From a bacterium HR21 (lineage in GTDB: Bacteria > Bacteroidota > Ignavibacteria > Kapaibacteriales > HRBIN21): a DNA stretch of 64,000 nt. The translations under genes and the position numbers were made by a program. Shown piece after piece: positions 38,807 to 49,396 of the stretch (position 1 is the stretch's first letter; each line of letters opens with the position of its first letter). The notes below the pieces were generated by a model that saw only the letters and a program-made list of their open reading frames with translations, was not told where the DNA came from and made no database searches. The stretch lies in assembly GCA_002898295.1 (NCBI GenBank), contig BEHX01000005.1, positions 11,642-75,641 on the forward strand, read 5' to 3'.

Positions 38807-39829
38807 GTGAACAGTGCAATCACGCTGGTGACCGGAGCCAGTGGGGAGCTTGGACAGAGCTTGATTGAGGCACTTGCCGAGCGCGGCATTCCTGTTCTGG
38901 CTACCGACATCCGTCCGCTCCCGCCCGCTCTGTCCCGGCGGTGCTATCGGGCGGTGCTCGGCGATATCAGCGATCCGGAGCTGCACACACAGCTGCTACA
39001 GGTCGGCTTCGAGCGTGTTTTCCACCTTGCAGCAATCCTCTCCTCGCAAGCCGAGCGGGAACCCGAGCTGGCTCACCGGGTCAATGTCGAGGGGACCTTT
39101 CGGCTGCTGCAGACAACCTACCGCATGGCCAAGCGGCTCGGCAAGCCCATCCGGTTCCTCTTCCCCAGCTCGATTGCCGTCTACGGGCTGCCGAGTCTAG
39201 AGGAGAAGCGCCGCGCTCGGAAAGTCCGGGAAGACCAGTATCTGACTCCGATGACCATTTACGGCGCTACGAAGCTCTACGGGGAGCTGCTGGGGTTGTA
39301 CTACGCACGGTTCTATCGCCGACTTGCTCCAGAGCCGGAAGCCGGCTGGATTGAATTCTGTGCCCTCCGTTTCCCAGGGCTTCTCTCGGCGTTCACGCTC
39401 CCTCAGGGCGGCACAAGCGATTACGGACCGGAGATGATCCACGCGGCTGCTCAGGGAAAGCCCTACCGCTGCTTTGTCCGCCCTGACACCCGCATCCCCT
39501 TCATGGCAATGCCGGACGCCGTCCGCGCACTCTTGCTCCTGACAGAGGCTGAGCCTTCCGCACTCCGACGCCACGCCTACAACGTGGGCGCCTTCTCCCT
39601 GAGCGCGGAGGAAATCGCTGCCGAGGTCCGCCACCTCTTTCCCGAAGCACAGATCTCCTTCGAACCGGATCTCCAGCGGCAGGCAATCGTGGACACCTGG
39701 CCAGAGGATGTGGACGACACTGCTGCCCGTCAGGACTGGGGCTGGCATCCCGACTACGACCGCCACCGCACCTTCCACGAATACCTGGCAGTCAACATTC
39801 GCCGCCGCTACCGGAGCCCCGTCCCCTAG
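38807..39829 (+). CDS. NAD-dependent epimerase/dehydratase family protein (SDR-extended)
   Basis: 340 aa; Rossmann VTGASGELGQ, catalytic YGATK (YxxxK). Confidence 0.8.
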   Translation: MNSAITLVTGASGELGQSLIEALAERGIPVLATDIRPLPPALSRRCYRAVLGDISDPELHTQLLQVGFERVFHLAAILSSQAEREPELAHRVNVEGTFRLLQTTYRMAKRLGKPIRFLFPSSIAVYGLPSLEEKRRARKVREDQYLTPMTIYGATKLYGELLGLYYARFYRRLAPEPEAGWIEFCALRFPGLLSAFTLPQGGTSDYGPEMIHAAAQGKPYRCFVRPDTRIPFMAMPDAVRALLLLTEAEPSALRRHAYNVGAFSLSAEEIAAEVRHLFPEAQISFEPDLQRQAIVDTWPEDVDDTAARQDWGWHPDYDRHRTFHEYLAVNIRRRYRSPVP

Positions 39830-41229
39830 CGGAGCTTGCGCGCCTCTTCGAGCAACTCATTGACCATCGCCAGCGAATGCCCCTCAGCGTAGTAGCGCAC
39901 CAGCGGCTCGGTCCCTGAGGGGCGCACCAAAAGCCAGCCTCCGGGGACGAAGAACTTGTAGCCGTCCGTGGTATCGACGTGCTCGACGGGATACCGTCCA
40001 ATGCGCGCCGGTCGCTTGGCACAGGCCCGCAGAATTGCTGCCTTCTCCCGGTCGGTGACCACCACGTCCACACGGCGGTAGCGGTGCGGACCGAACTCCT
40101 CATCGAGTTCCTGACTCAGCTGCTTGAGCGATTTCTGCCGCCGTACGAGCATCTCCAGCAGGAGCAGTCCGCAGAAAATGCCATCCCGCTCCGGAATGTG
40201 AATGACACTGGCGAAGCCCCCCGACTCCTCTCCACCCAACAGAACACGCTGCTCCTGCATGATACGCGCAATGTGCTTGAAGCCCACAGGGGTAACCACC
40301 AGCGGGATATCGTTACGCTGGCAGTAGAGGTCCACCATTGAGGTCACCGAAACGGTTTTCACAACCGTGCCGCGCCGCCGCTTGTCTTCGTAGAGGTACT
40401 TGAGCAGCAGCATGAATAAGCGCTGGGAATCCACATACGTGCCTTCGTGGTCGAGCGCTGCCAGCCGGTCAGCGTCCCCGTCGGTAATCAGGCAGATGTC
40501 ATAGCGCTTTGCACGGCGGACATGCTCCATTGTGGCACGGAGGCGCTCCGGGATCGGCTCCGGCTGCCCGACTTCCCCGAAGTTCGGGTTGAGCTCGGCA
40601 TGGATTTCCTCCACGTTCGGCAATATGCTGCGCAGGAATCCAATTCCCGCCCCGTACATCGGGTCGTGCAGAACCCGGAGATGTGCTTGCCCGATGAGCT
40701 CCAGATCCACCTTCTTGCGGACATGCCGCAGGTACGATTCCCGTGGGTCAAAGGGGCGGACCAGGTTGGCATCGACGTACTCTTCGAGCTGCTTGAGTTT
40801 CCAGCGCTTCGGCGGCTTGCGCAGGAGTGGTTGCAAGTGCTTCTCTATCTCTGCGATCTGCTCCGGGGTTGCCGGTCCACCGAAACTGCCCCGTACCTTG
40901 AAGCCGTTGTAGTACGGCGGATTGTGGCTCGCAGTGATGACTACCCCGACGGCTGCCCCTTTCTGCTTGGTGTGAAACGATACCAGCGGGGTCGGCGCGA
41001 AGCTCTCCATCAGGTGCACAACGATGTTCTCCTCGGAGAAAACCCGGGCAACCTCGTGGGCGAACTCGCGGGAGAGAAACCGCGTATCGTATCCGATGAC
41101 GACCGCCGGGTATTTGAGCTGGAGCGAGTGGACATAGTGTGCAGTTGCGAGACTCACCAGGCGGAGATTCTCCACAGTGAAGTCGTACGCGATCACGCCG
41201 CGCCATCCATCGGTACCGAACCGAATCAT
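39826..41229 (-). CDS. phosphoglucomutase/phosphomannomutase (alpha-D-phosphohexomutase) family protein
   Basis: 467 aa; N-term FGTDGWRG, phosphoserine loop TASHNPP, sugar-binding GGEESGG. Confidence 0.85.
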   Translation of the reverse strand: MIRFGTDGWRGVIAYDFTVENLRLVSLATAHYVHSLQLKYPAVVIGYDTRFLSREFAHEVARVFSEENIVVHLMESFAPTPLVSFHTKQKGAAVGVVITASHNPPYYNGFKVRGSFGGPATPEQIAEIEKHLQPLLRKPPKRWKLKQLEEYVDANLVRPFDPRESYLRHVRKKVDLELIGQAHLRVLHDPMYGAGIGFLRSILPNVEEIHAELNPNFGEVGQPEPIPERLRATMEHVRRAKRYDICLITDGDADRLAALDHEGTYVDSQRLFMLLLKYLYEDKRRRGTVVKTVSVTSMVDLYCQRNDIPLVVTPVGFKHIARIMQEQRVLLGGEESGGFASVIHIPERDGIFCGLLLLEMLVRRQKSLKQLSQELDEEFGPHRYRRVDVVVTDREKAAILRACAKRPARIGRYPVEHVDTTDGYKFFVPGGWLLVRPSGTEPLVRYYAEGHSLAMVNELLEEARKLR

Positions 41230-42548
41230 CCACTTCTCCCTGCCTGTGGGACGTGCTGCCGAAACAGCCCCAGAGTTCCAGCAAAGACCGCTGAGGCACC
41301 CAGCTCCTGCTCAATCCGCAGCAGCTCGTTGTACTTCGCTGTCCGCTCTCCCCGGCAGGGCGCCCCGGTCTTGATTTGCCCAATGCTCAGCCCAACCGCC
41401 AGGTGAGCAATCGTAGTATCTTCCGTCTCCCCCGAGCGGTGCGAGACAATGGTCCGGTAGCCTGAGCGATGCGCCAATTGTACGGTTTCCAGCGTCTCTG
41501 TCAATGTCCCAACTTGGTTGGGCTTGATGAGAACGGCATTAGCAATCCCGTCAGCAATGCCACGGCGTAGGAGCTCCGCATGTGTCACGAAGAGGTCATC
41601 CCCGACGAGCTGAAGGCGGCTGCCGAGCCGTTGTGTAAGCTGGCGCCATCCTTCCCAATCCTCCTCGCCCAGCCCGTCTTCGAGGGAGAGCAACGGATAG
41701 CGCTCGGCAAGTTTCTCATACCAGGCGATGAGCTCCGCTGCCGTCCGCGGCGGAGTCCCAGAGCGTGGGAATTCGTAGAACTGTCCCCGGGCAAGCTCGC
41801 TGGCGGCCACATCCAGCCCCAGCGCGATATCAGCGCCGGCTCGATACCCCGCATGCTCGATTGCTGCAACCAGGATCTCCAGCGCCTCTTCGTGCGAGCG
41901 AAGCTCCCGTGGGGCAAAGCCACCCTCGTCTCCAACGGCAACACCATAGCCCCGCTTCCGCAGCAGCTCCCGGAGTACGGCGTACACTTCTGCCCCTGCT
42001 CGGAGCGCTTCGGCAAAGCTCGGCGCTCCATGGGGAATGAGGAGAAACTCCTGGATGTCGAGGGCATTGTCAGCGTGACGTCCGCCGTTGAGTACATTGA
42101 GGAGCGGTACCGGTAAATACCGCGCTGTCATCCCACCCAAGTAGGCAAAGAGCGGGAGTCCGCATGCCGCCGCTGCCGCTTTGGCAACGGCAAGTGAAAC
42201 ACCCAGGATAGCATTGGCACCGAGCGCTGACTTCGTCGGGGTCCCATCCAGCTGGCACAGACAGGCATCAATTGCCTGCTGCTCGGTAGCATCCATGCCG
42301 AGCAACGCTGGAGCAATCTGCTGGTGAATGCGCTCAATGGCCCGCTGCACCCCACGCCCTCTGTAGCGTTGCCCTCCATCGCGAAGCTCCACCGCTTCGC
42401 GTGCACCGGTGCTTGCTCCCGAAGGAACCGAAGCTCGCCCCCATGCTCCACCGGCTAAGACCACCTCAACCTCAATTGTCGGCTGTCCGCGCGAATCCAA
42501 AATCTCCCGCGCTCGAAGGCGCTCAATGCAGGTGCGTCCACTTCCCAT
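41226..42548 (-). CDS. eno: enolase (phosphopyruvate hydratase)
   Basis: 440 aa; [17 protein letters not shown], ...[17 protein letters not shown]...; conserved throughout. Confidence 0.95.
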   Translation of the reverse strand: MGSGRTCIERLRAREILDSRGQPTIEVEVVLAGGAWGRASVPSGASTGAREAVELRDGGQRYRGRGVQRAIERIHQQIAPALLGMDATEQQAIDACLCQLDGTPTKSALGANAILGVSLAVAKAAAAACGLPLFAYLGGMTARYLPVPLLNVLNGGRHADNALDIQEFLLIPHGAPSFAEALRAGAEVYAVLRELLRKRGYGVAVGDEGGFAPRELRSHEEALEILVAAIEHAGYRAGADIALGLDVAASELARGQFYEFPRSGTPPRTAAELIAWYEKLAERYPLLSLEDGLGEEDWEGWRQLTQRLGSRLQLVGDDLFVTHAELLRRGIADGIANAVLIKPNQVGTLTETLETVQLAHRSGYRTIVSHRSGETEDTTIAHLAVGLSIGQIKTGAPCRGERTAKYNELLRIEQELGASAVFAGTLGLFRQHVPQAGRSG

Positions 42549-42564
42549 CGAGCAACCCTGCTCG

Positions 42565-42861
42565 CTAGAAGAAGCGTAGCTCCTCTATCTTTTTTGCCAG
42601 CGTAATGTCCAGCTCCGTGATGCCCCCACGATCGTGCGTGGAGAGTATCACCCGGAGCTTGTTCCAGCCGTAGAGGAACAGGTCAGGGTGATGATCCATC
42701 GCCTCGGCAACGACTGCGATGGCGGTGAGCAAACCGACGGCAGCAGCGAAATTCGGGGCGACAAACTCCCTGACCAGCGTATTCCCTTCCCGCTGCCATA
42801 GTGGCAATTCCTGCAGCGCCTGCTGGAGCTCTTCCTCACTGAGTAGCGGAGGACGTGCCAT
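42565..42861 (-). CDS. 4a-hydroxytetrahydrobiopterin dehydratase (PCD/DCoH)
   Basis: Start [12 protein letters not shown]; ...[25 protein letters not shown]... is the PCD signature ([EDKH]-x3-H-[HN]-P). Confidence 0.8.
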   Translation of the reverse strand: MARPPLLSEEELQQALQELPLWQREGNTLVREFVAPNFAAAVGLLTAIAVVAEAMDHHPDLFLYGWNKLRVILSTHDRGGITELDITLAKKIEELRFF

Positions 42862-43195
42862 TCCCCACTTCTGCCAGTAGCGCTTCCAGGCGCTCAACTA
42901 AGTATCCCTTCGGGACAGCACCGATGACTGTATCCACGTGTTCCCCTCCCCGGAAAAAGAGCAGCGACGGGATTGCCCGAATGCCATACTGCATCGCCAC
43001 GCGGGGATTCCGATCCACATCGACTTTTGCCACCTTGACGCCACGGTCGGCGTACTCACGGGCAATCTCCTCCACCACTGGGGCAATGACGCGACACGGA
43101 CCACACCAGACCGCCCAGAAATCCACCAGCACAATGCCCGGATACTGCAACACCTCCTGGGCAAATGTCTGGTCAGAAACCTCAACGGGCTTCAT
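42836..43195 (-). CDS. trxA: thioredoxin
   Basis: Start [16 protein letters not shown]...; WAVWCGPC active site. The 48-codon N-terminal extension in the track ORF is rejected. Confidence 0.9.
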   Translation of the reverse strand: MKPVEVSDQTFAQEVLQYPGIVLVDFWAVWCGPCRVIAPVVEEIAREYADRGVKVAKVDVDRNPRVAMQYGIRAIPSLLFFRGGEHVDTVIGAVPKGYLVERLEALLAEVGNGTSSATQ

Positions 43196-43295
43196 ACGAG
43201 ACTCCTCGGGATTGAACCACGCGACAGCGACAAAATTAGCAAAAACACAGGGCGCCGTCTTGGGCGCCCCCTGCACGCCTACTCTCGACTGCCTT

Positions 43296-44744
43296 TCAAT
43301 CCTCACCCTGAGCTTTTGTAAAGCCCGGACTGCCGTCAATTTCAGAGAGCTTTTCTAAGTGCATCCACCGATAGCGGCTCCCGACACGGCGTACCAGCTC
43401 CAAGATATCCGCATCGGTTGCCTCCCCCGCGCCATCCCGCAGCATAAACCGGCAGCGGTAATGGTCTACGTAATCCGGCATTGCTCCCGTCGGAGGATAC
43501 ACTTTCGTGCCGCGGTTCGACACCATCTTGAGCCGAAACACTGTGCCCTCTGCCAGCCGCTCCAGCTCTGGTCCCAACTCCTCGGGGAGCTGCTCGGTCT
43601 CCACGAACACATCCACCCCGACAACCCGGCGGGAAGCAGGGCGGGTCCAGACCAGCTCTCGACTCAGCTTGGGAACCTGCAACGGTCTGTACTGGCGCAC
43701 CTGCACCGTCTGCGGCGTGCGCCCCAGATTGGCAATGATCGCCTCTGCATACGCGGTCGTGGAGGCTCCCCGGTCATACCCGACAACATCCCCGGTCAGT
43801 ACTTTCCCGTCCTCCAGTGTGACCAGGAGAGCATTCTCGATGAGGGCTGCCGCTTGGAACTCTCCCAAGTAGCGCAACATCATGATGGCAGAACCGAGCA
43901 CCGCTGTCGGATTGGCCACGTTCTTCCCCGCATACTTCGGCGCCGAGCCGTGCACTGCCTCGAAGATAGCCACCTCATCCCCAATGTTCGCCGACGGAGC
44001 AAATCCCAAACCGCCAATGAGCGCCGAAGTCAGATCGCTCAGAATATCCCCGTTCATGTTCGTGGTAACGATGACCTCGAACTGCTCTGGACGCTTGACC
44101 AGCTGATGGGCACAATTGTCCACGATGATATGGTGCGCCTCGATATCGGGGTACTCCCGCGCCACCTCCTCGAAGACCCGCTTCATCATGCCCTCGGTCA
44201 ACTTCAAGATGTTCGCCTTCGTGGCGCAGTGGACGCTCCGGCGCCCTTCTGCCCGCGCCAGTTCAAACGCCAATCGGATAACCTTCTCGCAACCCTTCCG
44301 CGAGATGAGCTTCAAAGCCTGGGCAACCCCAGGCGTCTGCATGTGCTCAATTGCCGCATAGAGGTCCTCGACATTCTCCCGCACCACTACCAGGTCAATA
44401 CCCCGTCCGCTATACGGCGTCTTGACATTCGGATACTCCCGCACCGGGCGAATATTCGCATACGTCTCGAAGAGCTTCCGCAACGTCACGTTCGCGCTCT
44501 TCTCCCCGTACCCCACCGGCGTCTCGAGTGGTCCTTTGAGCACAACCCGCGTCCGCCGAATGGATTCAATCGTCTCCGGCGGCACTCCTGACTCAATCCC
44601 CTTGCGGAACACGCTCGCCCCTGCTTCACAGACCTCCCACTCGATCGCAACTCCCGCAGCATCCAAAATCCGCCGCGTTGCCTCGATGACCTCGGGACCA
44701 ATCCCATCACCAGGAATCAGGGTAACACGATGCCTGGACATCAA
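43296..44744 (-). CDS. icd: isocitrate dehydrogenase, long form with extra C-terminal domain
   Basis: 482 aa; [10 protein letters not shown], ...NMNGDILSD... from the isocitrate/isopropylmalate DH family, plus ~130 extra C-terminal residues. Confidence 0.9.
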   Translation of the reverse strand: MMSRHRVTLIPGDGIGPEVIEATRRILDAAGVAIEWEVCEAGASVFRKGIESGVPPETIESIRRTRVVLKGPLETPVGYGEKSANVTLRKLFETYANIRPVREYPNVKTPYSGRGIDLVVVRENVEDLYAAIEHMQTPGVAQALKLISRKGCEKVIRLAFELARAEGRRSVHCATKANILKLTEGMMKRVFEEVAREYPDIEAHHIIVDNCAHQLVKRPEQFEVIVTTNMNGDILSDLTSALIGGLGFAPSANIGDEVAIFEAVHGSAPKYAGKNVANPTAVLGSAIMMLRYLGEFQAAALIENALLVTLEDGKVLTGDVVGYDRGASTTAYAEAIIANLGRTPQTVQVRQYRPLQVPKLSRELVWTRPASRRVVGVDVFVETEQLPEELGPELERLAEGTVFRLKMVSNRGTKVYPPTGAMPDYVDHYRCRFMLRDGAGEATDADILELVRRVGSRYRWMHLEKLSEIDGSPGFTKAQGED

Positions 44745-44921
44745 TGCATCCCAGCTCTTGTCTCACCAGTGCCTGCCACGACCCGGCAAAAATAGGGAGA
44801 ACTCCCTACCAGCCACCTGCTACTCACCCCCTCCTTCGGGATTTCCCGAAAGCTTCGGAAAATTCCCCACGAACGCCTCCTTCTCCTCTGGCGACCCTGC
44901 CTCCCTTTCCTCTCTTCCCCT

Positions 44922-44958
44922 CCCCAAAACAAAAAACCCCCGCCGAGGAGGCGGGGGA
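44922..44958 (-). terminator. Rho-independent terminator (minus strand) downstream of the small Cys-rich ORF
   Basis: On the minus strand the sequence reads CCCCCGCCTCCTCGGCGGGGG followed by TTTTTTGTTTTGGGG: a GC-rich 8-bp stem followed by a U-tract. Confidence 0.6.
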
Positions 44959-44975
44959 ATCGAGCCTTCACAGCG

Positions 44976-45167
44976 TCAGTAGCCGATGTTTATTGCGTCC
45001 TCCCACACTCCCGGCTGGGTGGGATCGCCCGGCTTATCGCAGCAGTAGGGGCAGCCAGGAGTTCCGCAGGGCTCTGTTCCCCGCCCTTTCGCCGTGCTCA
45101 TCTCCATCTCCTCCAGGAAGCGCTGGACAGCACGCAACTGCTCAACGAATTCCATGAAGTCCTTCAT
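44976..45167 (-). CDS. hypothetical small Cys-rich protein (63 aa)
   Basis: MKDFMEFVEQLRAVQRFLEEMEMSTAKGRGTEPCGTPGCPYCCDKPGDPTQPGVWEDAINIGY. GGAGG SD lies 5 nt upstream of the ATG; its own terminator follows. It sits 89 nt downstream of the TPR-histidine kinase gene. Confidence 0.45.
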   Translation of the reverse strand: MKDFMEFVEQLRAVQRFLEEMEMSTAKGRGTEPCGTPGCPYCCDKPGDPTQPGVWEDAINIGY

Positions 45168-45256
45168 GATTCCTCCGTGTTTGCGTGTAGTTCAACATAC
45201 AAAACACCACCAACGCTCAGCCGGAATCACAACAATCACCGTGCCAGACACGCTCT

Positions 45257-47545
45257 TCAGCCGTCCTCCGAAGCTGCTCCATCTGGTCTGCCTTCCCCTG
45301 ACTCTGCCTCATCGGAGGCGAGGAGACGGTCTTCGTCCGGGAAGTACGCCACCCATCCCGGACGGGGACGATACCCGCGTTCCCCCTCCTCCAGGGTTGG
45401 ATAGTCTGCTCGCAGGTGTTTCCACTCCTCCGGTTCAGGGTCGGAGTCAAAGTAGGGGCCTTCGCTCGCGCGGAAAGGAATCTGCACGTAGAAAATCGAG
45501 CCCTTACTCGGGCAAGATTCGCACCAGACGCGGTACCGCATGCGATTGGCGAGCCACTTCACGATGTAGAGCCCTAGTCCAATGCTGGGTTCGCCTGCTG
45601 TCGGATAGACGTTGCGCGCACGCCCCAACCGCTTGAAGAGCCTGGGGAGCTCGGTGGCAGGAATGCCAACACCCTGATCCTCGAAAGCAACTCGTGCTCC
45701 GCCGTTGGTAGTGCGGCGGACCCGGATCCAAATGCGTGACTTCTTCGGAGAGTACTTGATGGCGTTGAGCAGGTAGTTGCTGAAAATCTCGTACGTGTGC
45801 TTCCAATCCAGCGGGACGATGAAGGGGTCTTCTTCGCTGTCTATGAGGACTTCAATCTGCTTCTCTTCGCTCTCCCGTCGGTGGTAGTGGATGACGTTCC
45901 GGAGGAGCTCCAGGAGATTCTCCTTCTGGAAGTAGAGCTTCGTGCCCTCCACCTCCAACACCTGCGAGCGGGAAAGCAGCTGGAGCTCATCGCGGAGGTG
46001 CTCCGATGCCCGCAGGATGGTCTCCGCCGCCTGGATCAAGGCAGAGCGCTCCAAGCGGTCGAAGCCGTAGAGGATCAACTCTGCGTTGGTCATCACACCG
46101 CTGACGAGGTTGCGGAGCTCGTGCGAGAGGATTGCGCTCAAGTTGAGGCGCTCCTCGACAGCGCGACGGTATTCTGCGTAGGCACGTTCGGTCTCTGCAC
46201 GCTGGCGCTCCACCTCTGCCAGGAGCTGAGCCAATTCTTCATTGCGCAGTCGAAGGAGTTCCCGCTCATAGCGCAACTGTTCCAGCTCTAAGCGTTTTTC
46301 CACAATTGCGATTGCCTGCTGCCGGCGCCGTCCCAAGAAGCGCTCGTAGAGTGCCCAGTACTGCTTGTAGTACTCGAGCGCTTCGGCGTAATTCTCGCGC
46401 TCCTCATAGAAGCGTGCGAAGATGCGGGTGAATTCCATCTCCCAAGGCAGCATGTGGTGCTGCCGCGCTAGCTCCAGCCCAATGTGGTAGTGCTGGAGCG
46501 CCAGCCCCACATCGTTGATGGCAATGTGGATATCCCCCAATTCCCGGCGGAGTTTGACCTCCAGGTTGATATCCCGGAGTTGCTGGAAATTCCGCAGTAC
46601 GTCGCGAAGCTCGTGGATGGCATCGAGCACCTGCCCGCGGTGGAAGCGGACGATCGCAAGGGTGGAGAGCGTTACCGCTTCACCTCGCTTGTCCTTGAGC
46701 TTCTGGCGCAGTGCCAGCGATTCCTCCAAGTACTGCTGCGCCTCCTCCCACCGGTGCTCCAGCGCTGCCAGATGCCCTCGATTGGAGAGCGCAACCGCAA
46801 GCATGTACCAGGTCTCTGTCTCCCGCAGCAGCTCGCAGGCTTGCGCGAGGAACTTCGCTGCCTCCTCCCGACGCCCGAGCTGCAAATATGCCCCTGCAAT
46901 TCCGATACTCGTAATCCCCAGTCCTCGCCTATCCTGGAGCTCGATCTGGCGCCGGTAGGCTTCCAGCAGGTGGCGCATGCCTTCGTCAATGCTCCCGAGA
47001 GCAATGTAGACATTGCCGACATTCCCGTAAGCGGCTGCCCAGTTCTTCTGTAGTCGGTCGTTCTCCGGCTGTTCGCGGAGCCCTTCCTCGCACAGCGCAA
47101 GAGCATGGGCAAAGCATTCGTAGGCTCTATCGAGTTCGGCCAGGCGGAGCCAGATGCCACCCAGAGTCAGCAATGTGGTGACTTTGCCTACAAGGTCTTT
47201 CCGTTCCTCGAAGACCTGGAGGGCTTTTTGGGCAGCCTCGAGGGCTTCGGTAGCGTCACCGGTGAAGAAGTTGAGGGCTGCCCGAGCGCGTAGGCACAAC
47301 GCCAGCCCGTACGCATCCTTGAGCGTTTCCGCCAACGGCTGGGCGTAGGACAGGGCCTGGAGAGCATCGTGGGGCACTTCGTAGCACCGTTCCCAAGCAA
47401 ATTCGGCAGCGATAGCGATGCGTTCCTGATCGCTGCGGGCGTGCTGGAGTTGCTCCTGCAGGTCGGGATGCAAGCGCTCTATGCCATTGGCGTGCGGGGG
47501 CATCCCTCGGGGCATTGGCGTTTTCGGAGCGTGCGGCATGGACAC
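45257..47545 (-). CDS. cytoplasmic sensor histidine kinase with N-terminal TPR-repeat domain
   Basis: 762 aa; ~450 aa of TPR-like repeats and a coiled coil, HisKA H-box LSHELRNLVSG, HATPase_c (N/G boxes ...NAIKYS..., FEDQGVGI..., GLGLYIV). No TM segments, and no adjacent response regulator. Confidence 0.8.
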   Translation of the reverse strand: MSMPHAPKTPMPRGMPPHANGIERLHPDLQEQLQHARSDQERIAIAAEFAWERCYEVPHDALQALSYAQPLAETLKDAYGLALCLRARAALNFFTGDATEALEAAQKALQVFEERKDLVGKVTTLLTLGGIWLRLAELDRAYECFAHALALCEEGLREQPENDRLQKNWAAAYGNVGNVYIALGSIDEGMRHLLEAYRRQIELQDRRGLGITSIGIAGAYLQLGRREEAAKFLAQACELLRETETWYMLAVALSNRGHLAALEHRWEEAQQYLEESLALRQKLKDKRGEAVTLSTLAIVRFHRGQVLDAIHELRDVLRNFQQLRDINLEVKLRRELGDIHIAINDVGLALQHYHIGLELARQHHMLPWEMEFTRIFARFYEERENYAEALEYYKQYWALYERFLGRRRQQAIAIVEKRLELEQLRYERELLRLRNEELAQLLAEVERQRAETERAYAEYRRAVEERLNLSAILSHELRNLVSGVMTNAELILYGFDRLERSALIQAAETILRASEHLRDELQLLSRSQVLEVEGTKLYFQKENLLELLRNVIHYHRRESEEKQIEVLIDSEEDPFIVPLDWKHTYEIFSNYLLNAIKYSPKKSRIWIRVRRTTNGGARVAFEDQGVGIPATELPRLFKRLGRARNVYPTAGEPSIGLGLYIVKWLANRMRYRVWCESCPSKGSIFYVQIPFRASEGPYFDSDPEPEEWKHLRADYPTLEEGERGYRPRPGWVAYFPDEDRLLASDEAESGEGRPDGAASEDG

Positions 47546-47568
47546 AACACCTCATCATCCCTAAGCAA

Positions 47569-48384
47569 CTACCGTGCCGAAGCTGAGCCCGCGGACTCCA
47601 TCCGCAGGGGCGCCTGGTCGAGCAGCCGGATTTGCTGCTGCAGGGGGAAACTTGCCATGAGCCGGAGCCGCACCACCGAGGGTGTTTCGCCCTGCTGAAT
47701 TGCCAGGACTCCTTCGGTCATCATCCGCCACAGCTGCACCTCTTCCTGGTGCAGCGTGCGCAGCTTATCGGCAAGGGGAAGCCAGACAATGTTCGCCATG
47801 AAGATGCCCCACATTGTGGCAATGAAGGCGGTAGCAATATGCCGGATGAGCACGGTGGGGTCTTCCCCGGCGGAAGCCAAAGTAGCAATCAGCCCCATGA
47901 CCGTGCCGATGATGCCCATCGTCGGGGAGTAGCCGCCCATGCGAACGAAGAGATTGATGTTCGCCTGATGGCGGGCAGTGAGCGCTTCCAGCTCCGCTTC
48001 GCTTGCCTGCCGGAGCGTCTCCGGCTCCATGCCATCAATGCTGTGCAAGAGCAGCTTGCGGAGGTATGGATGCCCCACCTCCGGCAGGCGGCGCTCTAAC
48101 CCTAGGACCCCCTCCCGGCGGGCAATTGCCGCAAACTCAACGATCTGCTCCAGAATGCGCCGTGCGTCGTATTGCGGCGGAGACAAAGCGAGCGCGATCA
48201 GGCGTGGGATCCGCTTGACCTGCTCCCAGGTGCTGCCGGCAATGGTGGCAGCGAATGTTCCCCCGAAGACAATCAAGAGCGCGGGCAGCAGAATGAGCAT
48301 CCCCAGTGTTCCCCCCTCCAGCACGAAGGCACCGAAGATAGTGAGCACCCCGAGGAGAATGCCGAGCAACGTCGTCCCACGCAT
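47569..48384 (-). CDS. motA: flagellar motor stator protein MotA/PomA family
   Basis: 271 aa; four TM segments with a MotA/TolQ/ExbB-type C-terminal TM pair (...GIIGTVMGLIATL...AFIATMWGIFMANIVWLP...). Confidence 0.8.
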   Translation of the reverse strand: MRGTTLLGILLGVLTIFGAFVLEGGTLGMLILLPALLIVFGGTFAATIAGSTWEQVKRIPRLIALALSPPQYDARRILEQIVEFAAIARREGVLGLERRLPEVGHPYLRKLLLHSIDGMEPETLRQASEAELEALTARHQANINLFVRMGGYSPTMGIIGTVMGLIATLASAGEDPTVLIRHIATAFIATMWGIFMANIVWLPLADKLRTLHQEEVQLWRMMTEGVLAIQQGETPSVVRLRLMASFPLQQQIRLLDQAPLRMESAGSASAR

Positions 48385-48403
48385 GTACCTAATAAGAGCC
48401 GTG

Positions 48404-49396
48404 TTACCGCAGGAAGTCGAAGAGGCTCATCGTGAGGATCCGTGAGCTGGTCTGGAGCACCGCGTGGTAGGTCGTCTGGGCATTTTGCAATTCCAACGCC
48501 AGTCGGGCAATGTCGGCATCTTCAGCCTCGGAGAGGAACTCCCGGAGCTGCACGGTGTACGCCTGCAGGTGTTCTGCCAGAAGCTCCCAGCGGGCTTGAC
48601 GGGAGCCAATCCGGGCAATTGCCCGTTCGAGCATTTCCCGCAGCGCTGCCAGCTGCGGCAAGAGCGCCTGAACCTGAGTCCGCTCTGCAGCCGAAAGGCT
48701 CTCCTCTGGTGGGCGCTGGCTCCCATCGGCACGGTATGCCAAGAGGTTGTATGCAGCGATGAGCACTGTGAAGAGCTCCGTCCCGCCGGCACCGAAGAGC
48801 TCATCGGCACGCAGTGAGAGCACTTCCTCCTGTCCTGGGGCAAGCATCACCCGGCGCTCAGCGAGATTGCCTCGGAAGAGGATCTCCAGTCCTGATGGGT
48901 TTTCTGGAGTCGGGGCACCGCGCCGGAGCTCGAACGGGCGCTCACCGCCGGGGAGAACGGTCGCCGTCCCGGCGAAGAGATACCGTCCGTCGAAGTCAGC
49001 ATTTGCGCTTCTGAGCACATCCTCGAGTCGCTGGCGGAGCTGTTCGGCAAGCAGCGCTGGCTTGTCGAGGTTCTTCGGGTCGAGAGCCGCTGCGAGAAGC
49101 GCTTCCATATCCTGCACTGCAGCGACGAGCTCCTCTACCTGGCTCTGGGCACTGCGGACTTCTTCCACCATCCCGTGGAGCAACGCCTGCTGCCGCTCAA
49201 CGAGCTGGAGCGCTTCTTCCAGGCGCCGGGCGCGCCCGAAGGCAACGGGGTCTTCGGCAAGCGAGATCAACCGCTTCCCGGTCGCCAGCTGCTGCTGCAG
49301 ACGGGTCAGTTGCTGCTGCGAGCGCTCAATGGCTGTCTGCGCCAGCCGAAAGCGAGTTTCCCAAGCAACGCGCATCGTGCCTCCCTCAGGTTCCAA
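48404..49396 (-). CDS. flgL: flagellar hook-associated protein 3 FlgL
   Basis: 330 aa; flagellin-like N-terminal (MRVAWETRFRLAQTAI...LATGKRLISLAEDPVAF) and C-terminal (...LELQNAQTTYHAVLQTSSRILTMSLFDFLR) helical regions. Confidence 0.75.
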   Translation of the reverse strand: MEPEGGTMRVAWETRFRLAQTAIERSQQQLTRLQQQLATGKRLISLAEDPVAFGRARRLEEALQLVERQQALLHGMVEEVRSAQSQVEELVAAVQDMEALLAAALDPKNLDKPALLAEQLRQRLEDVLRSANADFDGRYLFAGTATVLPGGERPFELRRGAPTPENPSGLEILFRGNLAERRVMLAPGQEEVLSLRADELFGAGGTELFTVLIAAYNLLAYRADGSQRPPEESLSAAERTQVQALLPQLAALREMLERAIARIGSRQARWELLAEHLQAYTVQLREFLSEAEDADIARLALELQNAQTTYHAVLQTSSRILTMSLFDFLR

